Source: an uncultured Clostridium sp.
Lineage (GTDB): Bacteria > Bacillota > Clostridia > Oscillospirales > CAG-272
Length of the DNA: 32,630 nt
Direction: 5' to 3'
Assembly (NCBI GenBank): GCA_964564255.1
Contig: CAZMAZ010000004.1
Coordinates: 1-32,630 of the forward strand
The stretch's first letter is position 1. The number at the start of each line of letters is the position of its first letter. The position numbers and the translations under genes were made by a program. A model generated the notes under the pieces. It was given only the letters and a program-made list of their open reading frames with translations, was not told the origin of the DNA and searched no databases. This document shows, in pieces, positions 29,721 through 32,630 of this stretch.

Positions 29721-32630
29721 TGGCGACAGCGTTTGTTGATTTATTACACCGTGATGAGTTCTCATTGAAACAGGCTCTCGGAAATACGAAAAAGATTTTA
29801 CCGATACTCAAGGAAAGAAATCATAGTCATTATGCTGTAGCGAACTACTGTGAGATTTCAAATTGGGTTCAACAGCTTTTTACTTGCAAGAAAGCCGGGA
29901 TTATCCCGATACTTGGAATGGAAGCATTCGTGAATAATTATCGTTGTCGCGTTGAAGCTCCAGGACAAGTATCCGTAAAAAACCTTGTTTCCGGAGAAGA
30001 AAAATCGGTATACGATCTTGATGAAACGAGCCGGGACTTGACGACCTTGGATTATCCGATAGACCTTTTCGCGTTGACGGTTGAAGGGTATTATAACATT
30101 ATCAAAATCCATAATGATTCGCAACTGTTCGGTGTCGATAAAAGACCGAGGACTTCAGACCCTTACCTTAAGGAACACGGAAAAGGAATTGTCGCGGTAA
30201 TGCCCACTCCGTTTAGCGAAGTGTCTTCTCTTGTTTTCAACGGAATGAGAAAAGAAGCGTTTGAAAAATTCAAATTCTATTCTGAAATTTTTGATCAGGT
30301 ATATCTCGCTGTTACGCTGGTAGAGGATCGGGAATACAAAGAAATCAACGATGGAATCATCTCTTTCGCAAGAGAGAATGGAATTAAAATCGTTCCGGTA
30401 TGCAATTCGCATTACATAAATCCAAGTGACGAAGAAGCGTTTCTTACGCTGCGAAAATTGTCCAGGCTCCGTGGAGGTATGTCTTACGAAATCGACGTGT
30501 GTCCCGGAATGTATTATCGTTCCAGAGAAGACGTGGATCTCCTTTTCAAAAAATTGAAGACGGATATTTTCACGGAAGAAGTCTATGCTGTAGCCATGAA
30601 GAATCTTGACGAGTTGCTTGCACAATTCAAAGAGTTGGAAATTGATACAACGATTAAACTTCCGAAATTTGAAAATGGTCCAGAGAATCTCAGAAAAAAA
30701 GCATGGAAAGGATTCCTTGAAAGAGGTTACGATCAAAAGGGACAAATCTATCTTGACCGTTTCAATTATGAGATGGAAAATATTGTTGGAGCAGGTTTTG
30801 CCGATTACTTCCTTGTCCTTGAGGAAATGTTCAACTGGTATCGCAATGATTTGAATTCTATTTCAGCATTCGGAAGAGGTTCTGCTGCAGGTTCTCTTGT
30901 TCTGAATTGTATTGGTTGTACAAACATGGATCCGATAGAACACCACCTGCTTTTCGAACGATTTCTTGATGCTGAGAGATTCGCTAACATTGTTAAAGCT
31001 GGTGGGCAAGTGTCTGGAGGAGATTGCCCGGACGTCGATAGTGACTTTGCGACAAACAAAAAAGAAATGGTTAAAGATCATTTCATTGAAGTTTACGGTG
31101 AAAAATGTACAGCGTCAATCGGGACTTGTGGTTTGATGAAGACGAAATCCGTGCTTAAAGACCTTGCGAGACTTTATGAAGTCCCTATGGAAGAGATCAA
31201 TTCTGTTACCGCAGGTGAAATGGCAGGGTATTTTGACGATGATGAAAACCCGATGCCACTAGAAAAACTCAAGAAGGAATTTCCAGGTCTCGAAAAGTTA
31301 CTGAACAAATATCCTCAAATGGGAAATACGTTTGAGAAGCTCCGAGGTTCGATCACGAACTGGGGGAAACATGCCGGAGGTGTTCTTATAACTGACTTTG
31401 ACCTTACGGAACAACTTCCACTCCGTAGGGATCCGGAAGGAAAATTGGTAACTTGTTGGCAGGAGGGTATTGCTTCCCGTGAACTCGGGATGATGGGATT
31501 TATCAAGTTTGATATTCTGGCTATAGACCAACTGAATATCTTTGAAGATACGGTTCGATTAATTAAAGAAACAACCGGGAAAGAAATTGATGTCAATAAA
31601 ATTCCTATAGATGATTACAAAGCATTAAAACTTCTGGACGAGCATGACGGTGTTTGTGTTTTTCAATTCGATACCGATTTGTCGGGTAGAGTAATTGACC
31701 ACATGAAAGGTATCAAGAAGTTTGAAGACCTGGGATCGCTTAGCACATTGATGAGACCCGCAGCTCTCGCAAATCGTTTTGACAGTGAGTTTGGAAAAAG
31801 AAGAACAAATAGTTCTGGAGTCTATGTTCCAGATTGTTTGAAGCCTTATCTTGCCGAAACTTTTGGGCTTCCGATTTACCAAGAGCATATTATGCAAGCA
31901 GGAATGTATATGGCTGGATTTGATAAAAATACTGCTTACAAGTTTATGAAACTTCTCTATAAAGGAAAAATGACAAAAGACATTGTCCCTGAATGGAGAG
32001 AAAAATTTTTGAACGGTTGTAAAGAAAAAGTTGAATCCGGCGAGGTGAAGTCAGGATATCCAGAAGAAATGTTTGAACAGCTTCTTGCTTTTCAGGGCTA
32101 CGGATTCTGTGCAGCTCACGCAAAAAGTTACAGCATGTATTCTGCCGTAGGATTGTGGTTCAAAGCCTACTATCCGCTTCAATATATGTGTGCAAATCTT
32201 TCCGTAACGGAACGTTCATCTGCTAGACTTGCTCAAAGGGTGAGGTATTGCCAGGCAAAGGGGTTTAAGATTTATCCTCCGGATGTTCGATATGCCGGTC
32301 ATAAATGGACGATTCACGAGGGTGGACTCATGGCTCCGCTCGGAAATATTAAAGGATTTGGTGTTAATGACGTTGAAAACGTTGTCCGGAATCGCCCCTA
32401 CAAGTCGGCAACAGATTTCATGGACAAGACCAAACTCGGGAAATCGAAGTTCGAGTCTCTTTGTATGAGTGGAGCATTGGAATGCTTTGGGGAGCGAGAA
32501 TACCTCTACAACTGGTATACTGAATTCTATGCAAAGAAGTCAAAGACTAAAAAAACGCAGCGAATGGAATTGTTCTTTGAAGATTTTGAACAAGAAGATA
32601 TTTTCGACATCAAGAAAACGTTTTCCAAAG
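29720..32630 (+). CDS. dnaE: DNA polymerase III alpha subunit (DnaE-type), 3' partial (continues past the window end)
   Basis: The ATG overlaps the previous TAA (TAATG). I checked the frame as open through about 30900 and read it through to the window end. Motifs are GRGSAAGSLV, CPDVDSDF (catalytic Asp pair), KHAGGV, IKFDILA, YQEHIMQ and GYGFCAAHAKSY. It is absent from the ORF track because it has no stop in the window. Confidence 0.9.
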   Translation, partial: MATAFVDLLHRDEFSLKQALGNTKKILPILKERNHSHYAVANYCEISNWVQQLFTCKKAGIIPILGMEAFVNNYRCRVEAPGQVSVKNLVSGEEKSVYDLDETSRDLTTLDYPIDLFALTVEGYYNIIKIHNDSQLFGVDKRPRTSDPYLKEHGKGIVAVMPTPFSEVSSLVFNGMRKEAFEKFKFYSEIFDQVYLAVTLVEDREYKEINDGIISFARENGIKIVPVCNSHYINPSDEEAFLTLRKLSRLRGGMSYEIDVCPGMYYRSREDVDLLFKKLKTDIFTEEVYAVAMKNLDELLAQFKELEIDTTIKLPKFENGPENLRKKAWKGFLERGYDQKGQIYLDRFNYEMENIVGAGFADYFLVLEEMFNWYRNDLNSISAFGRGSAAGSLVLNCIGCTNMDPIEHHLLFERFLDAERFANIVKAGGQVSGGDCPDVDSDFATNKKEMVKDHFIEVYGEKCTASIGTCGLMKTKSVLKDLARLYEVPMEEINSVTAGEMAGYFDDDENPMPLEKLKKEFPGLEKLLNKYPQMGNTFEKLRGSITNWGKHAGGVLITDFDLTEQLPLRRDPEGKLVTCWQEGIASRELGMMGFIKFDILAIDQLNIFEDTVRLIKETTGKEIDVNKIPIDDYKALKLLDEHDGVCVFQFDTDLSGRVIDHMKGIKKFEDLGSLSTLMRPAALANRFDSEFGKRRTNSSGVYVPDCLKPYLAETFGLPIYQEHIMQAGMYMAGFDKNTAYKFMKLLYKGKMTKDIVPEWREKFLNGCKEKVESGEVKSGYPEEMFEQLLAFQGYGFCAAHAKSYSMYSAVGLWFKAYYPLQYMCANLSVTERSSARLAQRVRYCQAKGFKIYPPDVRYAGHKWTIHEGGLMAPLGNIKGFGVNDVENVVRNRPYKSATDFMDKTKLGKSKFESLCMSGALECFGEREYLYNWYTEFYAKKSKTKKTQRMELFFEDFEQEDIFDIKKTFSK

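Noticed and set aside
29858-31897. Several minus-strand ORFs from the track (29858-30124, 30155-30745, 30805-31059, 30863-31081, 31298-31596 and 31625-31897).
   Set aside because: All are antisense to a continuous plus-strand frame with unmistakable DnaE motifs. They have low-complexity or odd composition and no SD, so they are shadow ORFs.
1-32630. Genome-wide TAG (or other stop) reassignment, prompted by the in-frame TAG in the HAD gene.
   Set aside because: All large genes (895, 823 and 525 aa, dnaE, rtcB) are open in the standard code. TAG ends at least two other genes at sensible positions (3368-3370 and 8408-8410), and read-through at 8408-8410 adds only about 10 codons. Only one internal TAG was found. 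It cannot be fully excluded without the whole genome and its tRNA set.

Overview
The window reads as part of a large AT-rich dsDNA phage or prophage genome. Genes are tightly packed, led by Shine-Dalgarno sites and often translationally coupled through ATGA or TAATG overlaps. Three blocks are visible. (1) The left end to about 2.4 kb holds small zinc-ribbon genes, a possibly decayed stretch, and an opposite-strand cassette. The cassette has its own sigma70-type promoter (1107-1135), a membrane protein and a small beta-rich protein. It is followed by a roughly 135-nt multi-hairpin element that is much more GC-rich than its surroundings (2041-2175). (2) A long minus-strand block spans 2371-24560. 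It encodes a HAD-type phosphatase broken by one in-frame TAG, an RtcB RNA ligase, and many small CPxC zinc-ribbon paralogues. It also encodes three proteins with Lar-like (restriction-alleviation) zinc-ribbon motifs, an XRE-HTH plus ABC-type ATPase pair, and a DEDDh exonuclease. A terminator-bracketed set of large structural-looking genes follows. After that come a P-loop protein, a radical-SAM (SplB-like) enzyme carrying a LAGLIDADG intein exactly inside its CxxxCxxC motif, several orphans, and a patatin-like phospholipase whose 3' end overlaps a small lipoprotein gene. (3) A plus-strand replication module spans 24845 to the window end. It contains a Gp37/Gp68 (DUF5131)-like protein, a DnaX-like clamp loader, small ORFs, an Mre11/SbcD-like phosphoesterase and a 3'-truncated DnaE-type polymerase. 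No rRNA, tRNA, CRISPR array, transposase or integrase was recognised. The most unusual items are the intein-split radical-SAM motif, the GC-rich structured element, the multiple Lar-like and zinc-ribbon paralogues, the TAG-interrupted HAD gene near RtcB, and the patatin/lipoprotein overlap. All functional calls come from motif reading by eye and need HMM or BLAST confirmation.
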